Assembly: GCF_006345805.1 (NCBI RefSeq)
Contig: NW_021833460.1
Coordinates: 10,804 to 74,803, forward strand
Direction: 5' to 3'
DNA from: Octopus sinensis
Taxonomy: Eukaryota
DNA: 64,000 nucleotides
Shown: positions 1 to 13,018 of the stretch, piece after piece
How the letters are laid out: each line of letters opens with the position of its first letter
Position numbering within the stretch: position 1 is the stretch's first letter
Program-made: the position numbers and the translations under genes
The notes under the pieces: model-generated
Told to the model about the DNA's origin: nothing
What the model saw: only the letters and a program-made list of their open reading frames with translations
Databases searched by the model: none

Positions 1-58
<58 letters not shown>
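1..58. repeat. (GATA)n microsatellite
   Basis: Uninterrupted gata units from the window start. Confidence 0.97.
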
Positions 59-1059
59 CATCCCAACGGACAAACAGATAGATATAGATGTGTACGTGTA
101 TTTGTGAACATACAGTGTTTCTCGGATAGCGAAGAATAAGATGCGATGAACTGACTGAAGAACTCATACTCTGATAAGCAGACAAAGATATACGCCACAA
201 TTCAATATAGCCAACAACAACCCCCAACTACGCCGCCAACCTAAACACCAACTGCACCCCCAACCATAAACACTACACCAGAATAATCGAACGCTGAAAT
301 TATCGACTGTTTACTTAAATCAATCACACAAACGAGAAACAACTTAAAACATTATTAACAAAGAAAAACAAAAAAAAAGCAAAAACAAAACACTAACATC
401 AAAGAAGAAAAAGAAGAACAACAACAATAACAACTATAGCAATTACAAACAATCTTAGAAAGCAAGCAATTAGTATAACATTAAACCTAAGTAGTGAATC
501 CTTAATTAGAAAGATACAGTTGCGTTCATGTTGCGTCTTAATCTGTGCGAAAATCCACTTTCTTCTCATTATTTATCTCGATTGTGCTATAAGTTGATAG
601 TGTTCTTAAACACTTAACTCCCTTGTTGCACTCTTCACTACCTTCATGCTCGCCTCCTTTTCATTCTTCGACTCTTCGCAGGCCTCTTCCCTACTCTCTT
701 TCTCCCTAGTTAGCTGCTTACCTTTTTTCTCTCGAAATGTTTCTCAATGTTTCATCTTCGTTTGCTGATGGAACTTTCTTTCCTTAGCCGGACTGTTTGT
801 TTGTTTGTTTGTTTCTTTCTTTCTATCTTTCTTCCTTTCTTTCCTTCTTTCTTTCTTTCTTTCTTTCTTTTTCTTCCTTTCGTTCTTCTTTCTTTCTTTT
901 CTCTCTTCTCTCTTGCTTTATTCTTTTCTTTCTCTCTTCTTTCTTTATTTCTTCTGCGTTTTGCATTCTCTGTCTCTGAATATTTGTCTGAGTCTGCATG
1001 CATTTGTTTGTGTGTGTGTATATAAATCTCTTTCTATACACACACACGCACATCCATAT

Positions 1060-1462
1060 ACTCTTTACTCTTTTACTTGTTTTAGTCATTTGACTGCGGC
1101 CATGCTGGAGCACCGCATTTAGTCGAGCAAATCGACCCCGGGACTTATTCTTTGTAAGTCCAGTACTTATTCTATCGGTCTTTTTTGCCGAACCGCTAGG
1201 TGACGGGGACGTAAACACACCAGCATCGGTTGTCAAGCAATGCTAGGGGGACAAACACAGACACACAAACACACACACACATACATATATATATATACAT
1301 ACATATATGCGACAGGCTTCTTTCAGTTTCCGTCTACCAAATCCACTCACAAGGCATTGGTCGGCCTGGGGCTATAGCAGAAGACTTTTGCCCAAGATGC
1401 CACGCAGTGGGACTGAACCCGGAACCATGTGGTTGGTTAGCAAGCTACTTACCACACAGTCG
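1060..1462 (-). mobile_element. tRNA-derived SINE, family A (internal CA/TA microsatellite), near full length
   Basis: Minus strand has a Pol III-like head (gtggtaagtagcttg...ggttcagtccc), a conserved body, an internal microsatellite at ~1258-1310 and a 3' end cagtcaaatgactaaacaagtaaaagag. Many homologous copies occur in the window. Confidence 0.88.
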
Positions 1463-1608
1463 CTATATATATATATTTATACACAGAGAGGTAGAGAGAG
1501 AGAGAGAGAAAGGAAGATAGCGGAAAGACAAAGAGAGAGAGAGAGAAATCTCGTATGTTTTGTTACACGAAGGTTTCTCTTCTTTATTACTCTCCTCCCA
1601 TATGTCTA

Positions 1609-1653
1609 TCCTATTTTCTGAAGAAGAGCCTCAGCTCGAAATATCTAAGAGGA
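1609..1653 (+). ncRNA. Decayed minimal type I hammerhead-like motif
   Basis: CUGAAGA-A-GAGC(cuca)GCUC-GAAA with a perfect 4-bp helix II. Helix III (AUAUCU) and helix I are imperfect. Confidence 0.4.
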
Positions 1654-2426
1654 TTCCACTTTGTCTTTCTTTTTCCTTCCTACTAAAAATTATATTTTTA
1701 AATTTAATTTTATCTCTTGCGTTGGTATAGTATGCGTAAAAAATTGTTATAAATAGATAAAAAGATGAGTAAATATACATACATACATACATACATACAT
1801 ATATCAGGGACGTGCTGCCTAGGTAGGCAAGATATGCAGTACCTACCTTTAATTAAATAGACCCATGGCAGCATTTTCCTCTCATAGCAAAATATGCACC
1901 TAATTCGATAAAAGTTTAAAAGTTAGTCAGATTATTATCCTTAAAATGCAAAATGTTTTATTTTCTTGTAGATTAGGTAGGCATAATGCGCCTCTGCCCT
2001 TTTAATCTAAGTATTTAAGCTACGTTTAGTAATGCCGTAGTACACTTCTGCGTACATTTCTACAACACTATTTTCTTTACGTGCTATTAAGGCAGATATA
2101 AATGTACCTACAGTTCAGTCGAGTGCCTCTGTTTCGCTTATTTTTGTGTGCTTTACTATATAGATTTACTAACTGCCTACGGTTGGTAAAAAACACCAAT
2201 CGAGAATTCCTTTTACTGACATCAATCTCGGCAATTTCCGTCGACTAATCAGGAAGGACTGGCTCGACATCGATAGCTTCCGAGCTTCATTCTGCGTCAG
2301 AATATATATTTTCTCCATAAACATCTATGGTTGATTTACCGAATTCCTAAAGTATATACAGAAAATTAATATAGACAGCAGTGTGCAATGTTTTACCAAA
2401 AGGAAAACCTATAATTGTCACTAAAT

Positions 2427-2560
2427 GTGACTAAGGTATTAGAAACGCCTACATTGCTAGAAATAACAGCTAATATGCTTTAATACTGTAGTCGAAGCAT
2501 ATACATACATATTTTAGCTCTTATTTCTAGCAATGTACGTATTTTTAACACCCTAGTTAC
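2427..2560. repeat. Foldback inverted repeat (~52-bp arms, ~30-bp spacer), MITE-like
   Basis: tacattgctagaaataacagctaatatg pairs with catattttagctcttatttctagcaatgta. The left arm and its upstream flank are homologous to ~49446-49550. Confidence 0.7.
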
Positions 2561-2574
2561 ATTTTGTAGCAACT

Positions 2575-2649
2575 ATATGCATGTATATATATACTTATAT
2601 ATATATATGTATGTATATATATTTATATATGTATGTGTGTATGTATATG

Positions 2650-2722
<73 letters not shown>

Positions 2723-3149
2723 CTATATATATATATATAATACATGCATATATGCACATACACATTTATATACAAATACACATATATGTATGCAAGCACC
2801 ATGACGTATGCATGCATACACTAATATATTTGCCTTTCTGATTATCTCTCCACTCGTCAACAATTATGTTATTTCCTCTTACTTTCTCTTCTACTCTCTC
2901 CAGTATGATTCGCTGTCTCTCATCCCAAATAACACATATCTCCCTTTATTAAATAACCTCTGTGAAAGAATTTTTAAAAACATAACCTATCTGTCTTTTG
3001 GACTGTTTAATTATGCATGCCTGCACGCCTGCATGAATTTATGTATGTATGTATCTCTGTATGTACGTATATATCTATTTATTTATCGATCTATCCTCTT
3101 CTCTCTCTCTCCCTCTCTCTCTCTTCACACACACACATATATGTATATG

Positions 3150-3189
<40 letters not shown>

Positions 3190-3223
3190 TATATATATAC
3201 ATATATACCATACCACACATAAT

Positions 3224-3254
<31 letters not shown>

Positions 3255-3400
3255 ATATATATATATATATATACACATATATATCTGTGTCTATCTACCT
3301 ATCTATATATTATTTATCTATCAAATATCTATCTCGCTATTTATCTATCTTTCTATCATTCTGTCTATATATATATATATATATATATTTCTTCCTATCT
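2575..3400. repeat. Compound (TA)n/(TATG)n/(CT)n/(TATC)n low-complexity tract
   Basis: Direct reading; the YI/IY-repeat ORFs here are artefacts. Confidence 0.95.
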
Positions 3401-4063
3401 GTCTCTATCCATTACTCCATCACTCTCACTACATCTCCCACCACATCTCTCCAAGCGCCACTTCCCACGTAATATCACACACTAATAGGTCTCTAATGAC
3501 ACTGCTCGATAAATAACTCGTTTGGTATTAATTCCTTTTCCGAAGAATTCCCACCCATTCTATGATTGATTACTACAATTTGGTCCCATATATTTCTATA
3601 TTGACCCTTTCCTAACTGTTTTCATTTATGAAAAATGTGATCTTTACAGTAAAACGACAGAAAACAAAAATGGATGTATAAATATGTTTTCTTACGCATA
3701 TAATCACGCATGCGTAATGGGTAACAGGAATGTAGGCACCTATTCATGTTGGTGTATACCCCAAACCTAACATTTAATATTTTTCGCTTTCAATATATCT
3801 CTGTCTCTCTGTCTCCCTCTCTCCCTCACTTCCTCACAGTCTCTCTCTCTCTCTCTCGCTCTCTCTCACTCACTCTTTTTCTCTTATACTCTCTCTCTCT
3901 CTCTCTCTCACTCTATTTCTCTCTCTCGCATGATTGTTTCTTTTTTTTTCTCTATATATCAGTTCCTTGCTTTCTGTATTTCACAGCAGTTATTTATTTG
4001 TCTTTAACTCTTATTATATTTGCTCACATTCCAACATATATTTCCCTATACACTCACATACAA

Positions 4064-4127
<64 letters not shown>

Positions 4128-4612
4128 CATACATATATATATTATACATATATATGTGTACTAATCTATACATATATATATACGGACATGTTATGTGAGT
4201 TAATACATTACATATAATAAATTACATATAAGTATGCATGTATGTATGTATGTATCTATGTTGGTGTATATGTATGTGTGTGTGTATGAGTGTATGTTTC
4301 TGTATCAGCGTCAATATACACAAACACTTGATTCCTGTGTGTTCATCGCAATGTATTTAAGACAATTGCTTCATTGATTACCTGTATCCATTGAGCATTG
4401 ATCAACCTTATTGACTTCAAACGCACTTCATTTTCTCTCTCCCTTTCCGCCCCCTCTCTCTCTCTATATATATATATATCACATGTGCATGTAAATATAT
4501 ATGCGTATGTGTATGGATTTATACAGCTATAGATTCATATATGTATATATATGTATAGTGTATATATATGTATATTATATAGTATGTATATATATGAGTG
4601 TGTGTGTGTATA

Positions 4613-4690
<78 letters not shown>

Positions 4691-5253
4691 TCATACACAC
4701 ATACATATATATCATGTATATATAGTAACAAGCCGATAATATTTAATGTATTGCAGGTTATCAATATTAGTTTTGTTTAATATTTAATGCAGCAGGTTCG
4801 GCTGTAACTTAATCGAAGTCAAAACTTGTTCAAATATCTCTCTTATTTGCTTCATAATTTATTTTTTTCTTCTTGATATTCTTTACCGTTAGAAATATCA
4901 AAATTTGTATTTGTTTTATTGGGGTTATTTTCCCTGATTATACATTCATAGGTCTCTCTCAGCATTTCTTTCTCCTCGTCACAAATGTCCGGTTGCCCAT
5001 AGCCTGGAAACTTCGGTTACTACCTGACCAAATGGAATAAAATATTCGGGAAGTGTCGAAATTACAATATTTGATCGTCAACTATTGAGGCGTTTTAGCG
5101 GGTTTGCGTCTGTTGTGGTCTTTACGTTTTATTTGATATTTTAAAGCTTTATTCATTAACTTCTTTTTTGGCCTCAGCTCAGTTTTATGATATTTTCACA
5201 CGCACACACATACATACATATATATACATATACATTTTTTATAGGTTTCCATC

Positions 5254-5382
<129 letters not shown>

Positions 5383-5583
5383 ATATATATATATATATAT
5401 ACAATATATATATACATAAGGTACATATATATATAGGGTGGCGAATACTCGTTATAAATATCAACACCAGTGACCTCGCATGTATAAAAAGTCATAGACA
5501 ACATATTCGTATTTCAAATAGAAATATTACCTTTAATTACGAATATGTTGAAATACGAATAGTTTTGTAATTTTATATATATA

Positions 5584-5622
<39 letters not shown>

Positions 5623-5710
5623 TAAAGTGGGTAGAAATTGATATTAATCAATTAAATCCAGTGGCTTAGCATATATGGAGAATCCGAAGATTAAAAATTA
5701 TATTACATTC

Positions 5711-5891
5711 AAATTAAGAGGGATGACCACCACAGTGGATTTCTAATATGCTAAAGATAAATCGCCTTGCCACGAAGTGTACGTTCTGAGCGTTTGCTGA
5801 AATTTTCTTGTGAACACACTCTCCGTGGTAAGGCGATTTGACGTCTATCTTTAGAATATTAGGAATCCCCTTTGGTGGTCATTCCTCTTGA

Positions 5892-5894
<3 letters not shown>
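5711..5894. repeat. Foldback inverted repeat (~70-80-bp arms, ~35-bp spacer), MITE-like
   Basis: aagagggatgaccaccacagtggatttctaatatgctaaagata...aatcgccttgccacg matches the reverse complement of cgtggtaaggcgattt...tatctttagaatattaggaatcccctttggtggtcattcctctt. Confidence 0.8.
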
Positions 5895-5931
<37 letters not shown>

Positions 5932-5938
5932 TAGATAT

Positions 5939-6009
<71 letters not shown>

Positions 6010-6239
6010 CATACATACATATATACATACATACATACATACATACACACATACATACATACATCATACATACATATATTGAAACATGCATGTATACATG
6101 CACACAATCATACAGGTGCGCCACAACGTGGTGAAAATAAGCACTTGAATACTTCTAAGTTATTCTGCTACCTTCTATCCTGCGAGTTAGGTGTTTTTGA
6201 AAACATTGGTATAATTGCTTCTTGAAATAAAACGTCGAA

Positions 6240-6380
6240 CTTGCAGAATTGGTATAACGCCATGTAAAATGCTTCAATGCATTTCATGCGTGTTTACGAT
6301 TTGAGTTCAAATTCCGCAGAGGTCGAATTTGCATTTCAGCCTTTCGGGTTCAGTGTATGTAGTACCGGTTGAAATCTTAG
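6240..6380 (+). mobile_element. SINE family C, degraded
   Basis: gagttcaaattccgcagaggtcgaatttgcatttcagcctttcggg matches the family C copies at 46315 and 47552. Confidence 0.65.
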
Positions 6381-6470
6381 GTCTATCTAATTGGCGTTGT
6401 CCCAAAATTTTTTAACATATATTACTTTGTTCAAATAAATGCAGATTCTGAAAATATACAGAGGAGATAT

Positions 6471-6864
6471 ATTAGGTTGTCCGGAAAGTTCGTGCCGATT
6501 TATAGTAGCTTACAATTTCGATTTATTTTAGAACATGGTCGAGTCCATAAAATAGGATTTGACTACACCTCCATTTAGACCACTGTTTAAGCTATCTTTT
6601 CGTGGAAGAAGGTTTATGTTCCTATAACCTGTGTTAATTCTGTAACCCTTTAAATTGGGAGATCAGAAAGTTCATTTTCGGCACTTGATGCTTTGGGAAC
6701 CAGACAAAAATTGCTACAGCTCGGTTGGGATCTGTTACTCCACCCTCCATATCCACCAGATATTGATCCTTCGGATTTCCACTTATTCAGGTCTCTGCAA
6801 AATAGTCTTAATGGTAAAAATTTGAATTCCTTGGATGACGTAAAAACTTTCCGGACAGCCCAAT
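6471..6864 (+). mobile_element. Mariner (DD34D) internal-deletion derivative with both TIRs
   Basis: TIRs attaggttgtccggaaagtt / aactttccggacagcccaat. Transposase N-terminus GDQKVHFRHLMLWE is fused to the C-terminal TRQKLLQLGWDLLLHPPYPPDIDPSDFHLFRSLQNSLNG (YSPDLAPSD-like motif). Confidence 0.9.
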
Positions 6865-8144
6865 TCATAGTTTTCTAAAATATCATTTACAAAATCTTAT
6901 GGTTATATTGATTAATCCAAAACAGCAATAAAACTATGAATAGGAACTTTCAATTACTTCCATATTTCAGGCTTAGTGCATTGTCCTGTTTAACACCAGT
7001 CACTGGTCCTAATATTTAGTTAGCCATCTCCTCAGTGTTGCATGAATGTAGGTCACGTCTAGTTTTAAGATTAATTTACATATATAAAACTGTTGGTTCT
7101 TATTGTAGGAATTCTTAAATCATTGTTTATTCATTCTTTCGAGCCACGGAAATTATTGAATGTCTTGCCAAATGAAATAAATATGGGTCATTCACTTTTG
7201 TGTAAACTATGGAAAATGGCCATTGAAATCAAATCCGCATTGTCTGAAACATTCCTAAATTATCAGCCCAACTCATTTAGGTTAAGTATCAAGCGGTGTT
7301 TGTAAATCGTGTTTTATACCGGGAGGTTCGTTATGCCAAAAATACTAATAATACACGCACCGATTTTATTTCACGCTTTAAATTATATTTGTGAGTTGTT
7401 CCACTATTTATTTAACTAAGTGACAAAAATAATGAAGTGAAGTAGAAATATTGCGTATATCGTTTGTTGAATGACCCTGCTGTGATACAAGAAGGAATGA
7501 CTAAATCTTTTTCGAAAGATTTCATATGCTAAGATATCTAAGTGCGAGGTGAAAGCTCAGATTTGATTTAGAGGAGAACTAAAAGGATACGTATTTTGAT
7601 GACAATACTAATACTTATAGCTTATTTCATCCTACAGGATATTTCTAAGACAAGCCTAATCAGGTGTTTGATTTTTATAGTTGGAAAGATATAGAACTGT
7701 TACTCTTAACAAAATCAAATGAAAAATAAAAGAATCACGTAAATATGGATAAAAATTATCAAAGAAATTGCACACGTTGCATCAGCTGTGAGATCGTCAC
7801 GTGATTGCAGATTATTGCGCTTCCATGTAGGAGCTAAGTTCATGGGTTGCACTTACGCTGTAATTGTGCGCTGCAGCGACCAAAAAAAGAAGAAAAAACT
7901 GTGGTCGTTGTAACTCCAAACACGCTACATCCTTTCGGCGTTTATAGGAAAAGTAAAGAAATAAAGAAGACGTCTTCCTAACAATGACTACAAAATAACA
8001 ACAACCGTATATGAAAATAGCAGCGGACAAAATATAATAGACTATTATTATCGAACATGGCCCATAACTCCGCATCAAATTGAGACATCATCAATTTGTC
8101 TTAATCTCCCTCTATTATATTCAAGTAATAACAATAACAACAGC

Positions 8145-8196
<52 letters not shown>

Positions 8197-8214
8197 TTAA
8201 TAATAATAATAATA

Positions 8215-8258
<44 letters not shown>

Positions 8259-8280
8259 TAATAATAATAATAATAATATT

Positions 8281-8320
<40 letters not shown>

Positions 8321-8389
8321 TAATAATAATAGAATAATAAAATAATTAATAATAATAATAATAATAAATAATAATAATAATAATATAAT

Positions 8390-8431
<42 letters not shown>
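8145..8431. repeat. (AAT)n microsatellite
   Basis: Direct reading. Confidence 0.97.
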
Positions 8432-8432
<1 letters not shown>

Positions 8433-8945
8433 GCGATAATAAAAATATAAATATGCGTTTTTATTCTCTACTTCAGCGCCTTTAGTAGAATACTATATCT
8501 ACACATGATATTTGTCTCGCAGTTTTTTTTTATTCTTTTCGATTTCCTTTCTCAACATATTTTTTAAACACACAGCCATACGCATATCTAGAGAGAAGCA
8601 CGTATGTACGTACGAACAATTTGTCTCTATATATTTACCATTTAAATAAACGTCCGTATGTAAACTTTACATTATTTTCTTCGGTTTGAGAATCTTCCCC
8701 CACCAAAAAAAAAATTCTTTTAATTTCATATTTTTCCTCAAGGAAATATTCTTCTTTATATTCCATCTTTTTGATATATATGTATGTACACACACACACA
8801 CACACACAAGAGTATATATATACATGGATAGATAAATAGATAGGTATACTCACACATTTATATGTCTCTATACATATATGTATATGCATGCATACATATA
8901 TACATACACACATATATATATATATATATGCACACATACATATAG

Positions 8946-8984
<39 letters not shown>

Positions 8985-9482
8985 CATGAGTATATAGATG
9001 TGTGTGTGTGTATATGTTTACATATGTATATATGTATGTATATATATATATGTCTATATATATATATAAGATTCATTCCTTAGCTTTTTTCTTCTTGTTT
9101 TTGTTTCCTCCTCCTGTTTTACATTCAGCAATTGTTTTGCTTCGTCATTTTAGCTGTTGTTTTTGTAGTTGTCGTCGAGGATGTTGTATTTTTCTTCTCC
9201 TTTTATTTCTATTTGTATTGTTTGCAAAGAAAATATATAAATCACACAATAAACTTGATAAAATATGTGACTAAACTGATTAACTACAGGTAATAAATCT
9301 GTAAACATCATTCAAGGAATTGGAAAAAGGGAGAAAAAATTCTTACATATGTATAAGTGTATGTGTCTGTGTATATACATATACTCACATACTCTATACA
9401 TACCATAACACATACCACACACACACACTACACAACACACACTATATATATATATATATATTATATATATGCAATATATATG

Positions 9483-9513
9483 ACACGTTAATGTATGTAT
9501 ATGTATATGCGTG

Positions 9514-9546
<33 letters not shown>

Positions 9547-9898
9547 TATATAAATACAAGCATACATATACGTATCATATATGAGTATATAAATATATAC
9601 ATATATATATGTATATTGATAGACATAATATATATCTGTATATAGAACATCCGTAATAACCGTGTAAACACAATACATGCATACATGCATGCATACATAT
9701 ATATATATATAATATATATATTATATATATATATATTATATATACACATATATATATATAGACAGATATGTATATGTATATATATACATGTACATATATA
9801 TACATGTATATATGTATATATATATACACATATATATACATGCATGTGTATATATATATGCATATATATGTACACGTTAAGTATGTATATGTATATGC

Positions 9899-9933
<35 letters not shown>

Positions 9934-10106
9934 TATATATATAAATACAAGATACATATACGTATCATATATGAGTATATAAATATATACATATATATAT
10001 GTATATTGATAGACATAAATATAATCTGTATATAGAACATCCGTAATAACCGTGTAAACACAATACATGCATACATGCATGCATACATTATAATATATAT
10101 AATATA

Positions 10107-10146
<40 letters not shown>

Positions 10147-10258
10147 TATATTAGACAATATGATATGTATATATATACATGTACATATATATACAGTATA
10201 TATGTATTATATATACACATATATATACATGCATGTTGTATATATATGCATATATATA
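9483..10258. repeat. Tandem duplication of a ~389-bp TA-rich unit
   Basis: acacgttaa starts at 9483 and 9872; the unique core tagaacatccgtaataaccgtgtaaacacaatac occurs in both units. Confidence 0.85.
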
Positions 10259-10425
10259 TAAATATCATGTATGCATACTTACAGATATACACGTATATAT
10301 ATATATATATGTTTATATGTATAAATATATATATTGTATGCATATATATAGAGAAAGATAAATATACATATAAATATATACATACACATATGCATATATA
10401 TATCTATATATTATAATATGTATAT

Positions 10426-10475
<50 letters not shown>

Positions 10476-11462
10476 TATATATATATTATTTAGATTATAT
10501 ATGTATGTATGTATATCTACCATACATATCTACGTACGCACAAAGACATACATATACATAGAATGAAAAACTAAACACAATAATAATCGCCATGATGATT
10601 ATTGAAAGAGGAAAAGCCGATATATAAGCAAACAAATGTCACCCCCTCTTCTACTTCAATTTACAGATCCATCAATTAGCAAAATTTTACCAATTTTCTT
10701 TCGACTGGCCGTCCTAATTGCAATTTTTCACGTTCCTCTTTTGAATTGTGACTTTCTTCCCAATAATTCTTCGATTATTTTTGCTCTAAATTTAATAGCA
10801 ATACTTCATGTTTGTGTTCCAGATTTGATAACCATTAATTATACGCATTTCTCTGTCGTATATTATTTCATAGAATTCTGGAAGCCTTGAGCTGGCTGCC
10901 CGTAATATTTCTCTGTGTTCAACATTTGATAGTAAATGTCTTTCACTGTGTTTTATATTTCTCAATCATACTCTCATATATGTGTTCGTGTGCGTGCCTC
11001 TGTGTGTGTGTGCGTGCGTGTGTGAGTGTGTGTGTGTGTGTGTGTTTGCGTGTGTGTGTGTGTGCGTGTGTGAGTGCGTGTAGATTTGTTTGTGCGTTTC
11101 TCTTTAGTTTATTCGCAATAATTCCTAGCGATCTACATTTTGACGTTATTTGGTGTCGATGTACGCATGTGCGTGTCCGGCTCTATACTTGCTTCCGTCT
11201 ATCTTATCTCTATATATTGCAGGTTGCATAAAGTATTGTCAGTTTTTTGTGATCGTGTTAAGCTGTATACCGCTCCTTTCATGGTTTAACCTTGAGGGAC
11301 TAAACTCTCTATACGAAGCTAGGGTCTCACTCTGATATATCGAGGGTCTATGAACATACTAACAGTACCACAGCCGTATAGATTTACAAGGGTGGATAAA
11401 ATAGGCACGAAGGTAACTTTCGTCCAACACACGAATGTAGCAGTATTTGTTATTGTCGTGGA

Positions 11463-11517
11463 GCGGTGGTTCCCAACCGAGGCCCGTATGACCCTTAAGT
11501 GTTCATATAAAATTTTG
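11463..11517 (+). mobile_element. hAT-like (CAGTGGTTCCCAAC-type) terminus, single end
   Basis: cggtggttcccaaccgaggcccgtatgaccctta is homologous to 41461-41515; no partner TIR was found. Confidence 0.45.
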
Positions 11518-11569
11518 TCGCTATGATTCATATGCAATAAACTGTTTATACTTCCACAATTACTACGAC

Positions 11570-11933
11570 ACTCCATCAATCACGTCCACGAGGGTTTTAT
11601 TCGATCCAATCAGCGGAACAGCCTGCTTGTGAAATTAACGGGCAAGTGGCTGAGCGCTCCACAGACACGTGTATCTCTTAACGTAGTTCTCGGGGAGATT
11701 CAACGTGACACAAAGTGTAACAAGGCTGGCCCTTTGAAATACAAGTACAGCAGAAGCAGGAAGAAAGAGTGAGAGAAATTTGTGGTGAAAGAGTACAGCA
11801 GGATTCGCTAGCACCTCGTGGAGATTTAAGTGTCTTCGCTCAATAAACACTCACGACGCCCGGTCTGGGAATCGAAAATGCGATCCTACGACCGCAAGTT
11901 CGCTGTCCTAACCACTGGCCCATTGCGCCCCCA
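11570..11933 (-). mobile_element. tRNA-derived SINE, family B
   Basis: Minus head ggcgcaatgggccagtggttaggacagcg...ttcgattcccagaccgggc with A/B boxes; homologous to 34073-34269. Confidence 0.8.
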
Positions 11934-12532
11934 CCTCACAATATACCAGATATTTCAACGACTTTTAAATAAAGCTCCTAATAATATTTAATTATAAATA
12001 TGCTGTAGGTTTTTGCTTTAAAAAAAACCATTGAATGACTGCATAAAATGTCCACCCGCATAAAATAATAATCAAAGGGATCTATAGTCAAAAAATGGTT
12101 GAGGCTCACTCTTTTGAAGTCTGACTTAGAAATACCTGCATCCGGTTCTCCCCCCATCACCAGCAGCGCTCTCTCTGTTTCAGACATAAAAGGCTTCGCT
12201 TTCCTCACACAAAGGAGCTGGAGCCCATCGAACTCCTTTCCATGCGTGCGATGTCTTCTTAATTTAGTTTAAAGTTAGCCTGGTTTAGGTTCAACATGAA
12301 GTATTCCTCCCGAAACGCTAGACGCATGCCATTTACTTACGATTGCTTTACTATTCAAAATCTCTGCGAACTTTTAAGGCATATCAGTAAGACATTGAGG
12401 AAAAGCATGTCAGATAAAAGGAGTACCAGACCTACTTACTTTATCCGAATCTCTGCACGTAGCACAGTCTCATGGTGTGGTGGGCGGTCGCACGTCAAGT
12501 TTTTTTTTAGAAGGCTCTATGGATAGACACCA

Positions 12533-12810
12533 TGGAGGCACGGTCGAGGGATCGCGGGTTCAAATCTCAGACCGGGGGATGTGTATGTTTATGAGCGAAA
12601 CACCTAAGCTCTACGCGGTTCTAGCAGAAGGTAATGGCGAACTTCTGCTGACACTTTCCCCACAAATTTCTCTTACTCTTTCCTCCTGCATCTTGCAGCT
12701 CACCTGCGACGGACCGGCGTCCCGTCTAGCTGGGGAACCTATACCACCAAGGAAACCGGGAAACCGGCCCTTATGAGCCAGGCGGGGCTCGAGAAGGAAC
12801 TAACAAAAAC
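12533..12810 (+). mobile_element. tRNA-derived SINE related to family B with a different 3' module
   Basis: B-box gggttcaaatc followed by agaccggg and gagcgaaacacctaagctc as in family B; 3' part cctgcgacggaccggcgtcccgtc...ggaaaccgggaaaccggccc; A-rich tail. Confidence 0.7.
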
Positions 12811-13018
12811 ATGGATAGACGCCTAAATAATGAAACGCGTCTGTTCCACGCAAGACAGTAGAGAAAATACTCCAGTCTTGTCTGACAAGCAAAGAAGTAG
12901 GGCATAATGGTTGGGAAATAACTTATGGTGGAGACGTTGAGGGTGTTCGCCTCCTCGCCTCGACTTTTGAGAGATAAATACTGCACGTATTTCTGTAAAA
13001 TGTTAGTCATAATTGTAA

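Noticed and set aside
1803-2060. DNA transposon starting cagggacgtgctgcctagg
   Set aside because: Local hairpin (aggtagg/cctacct) only; no convincing partner TIR or TSD.
12135-12260. Possible minus-strand exon (HGKEFDGLQLLCVRKAKPFMSETERALLVMGGEPDA)
   Set aside because: No convincing acceptor and no recognised homology.
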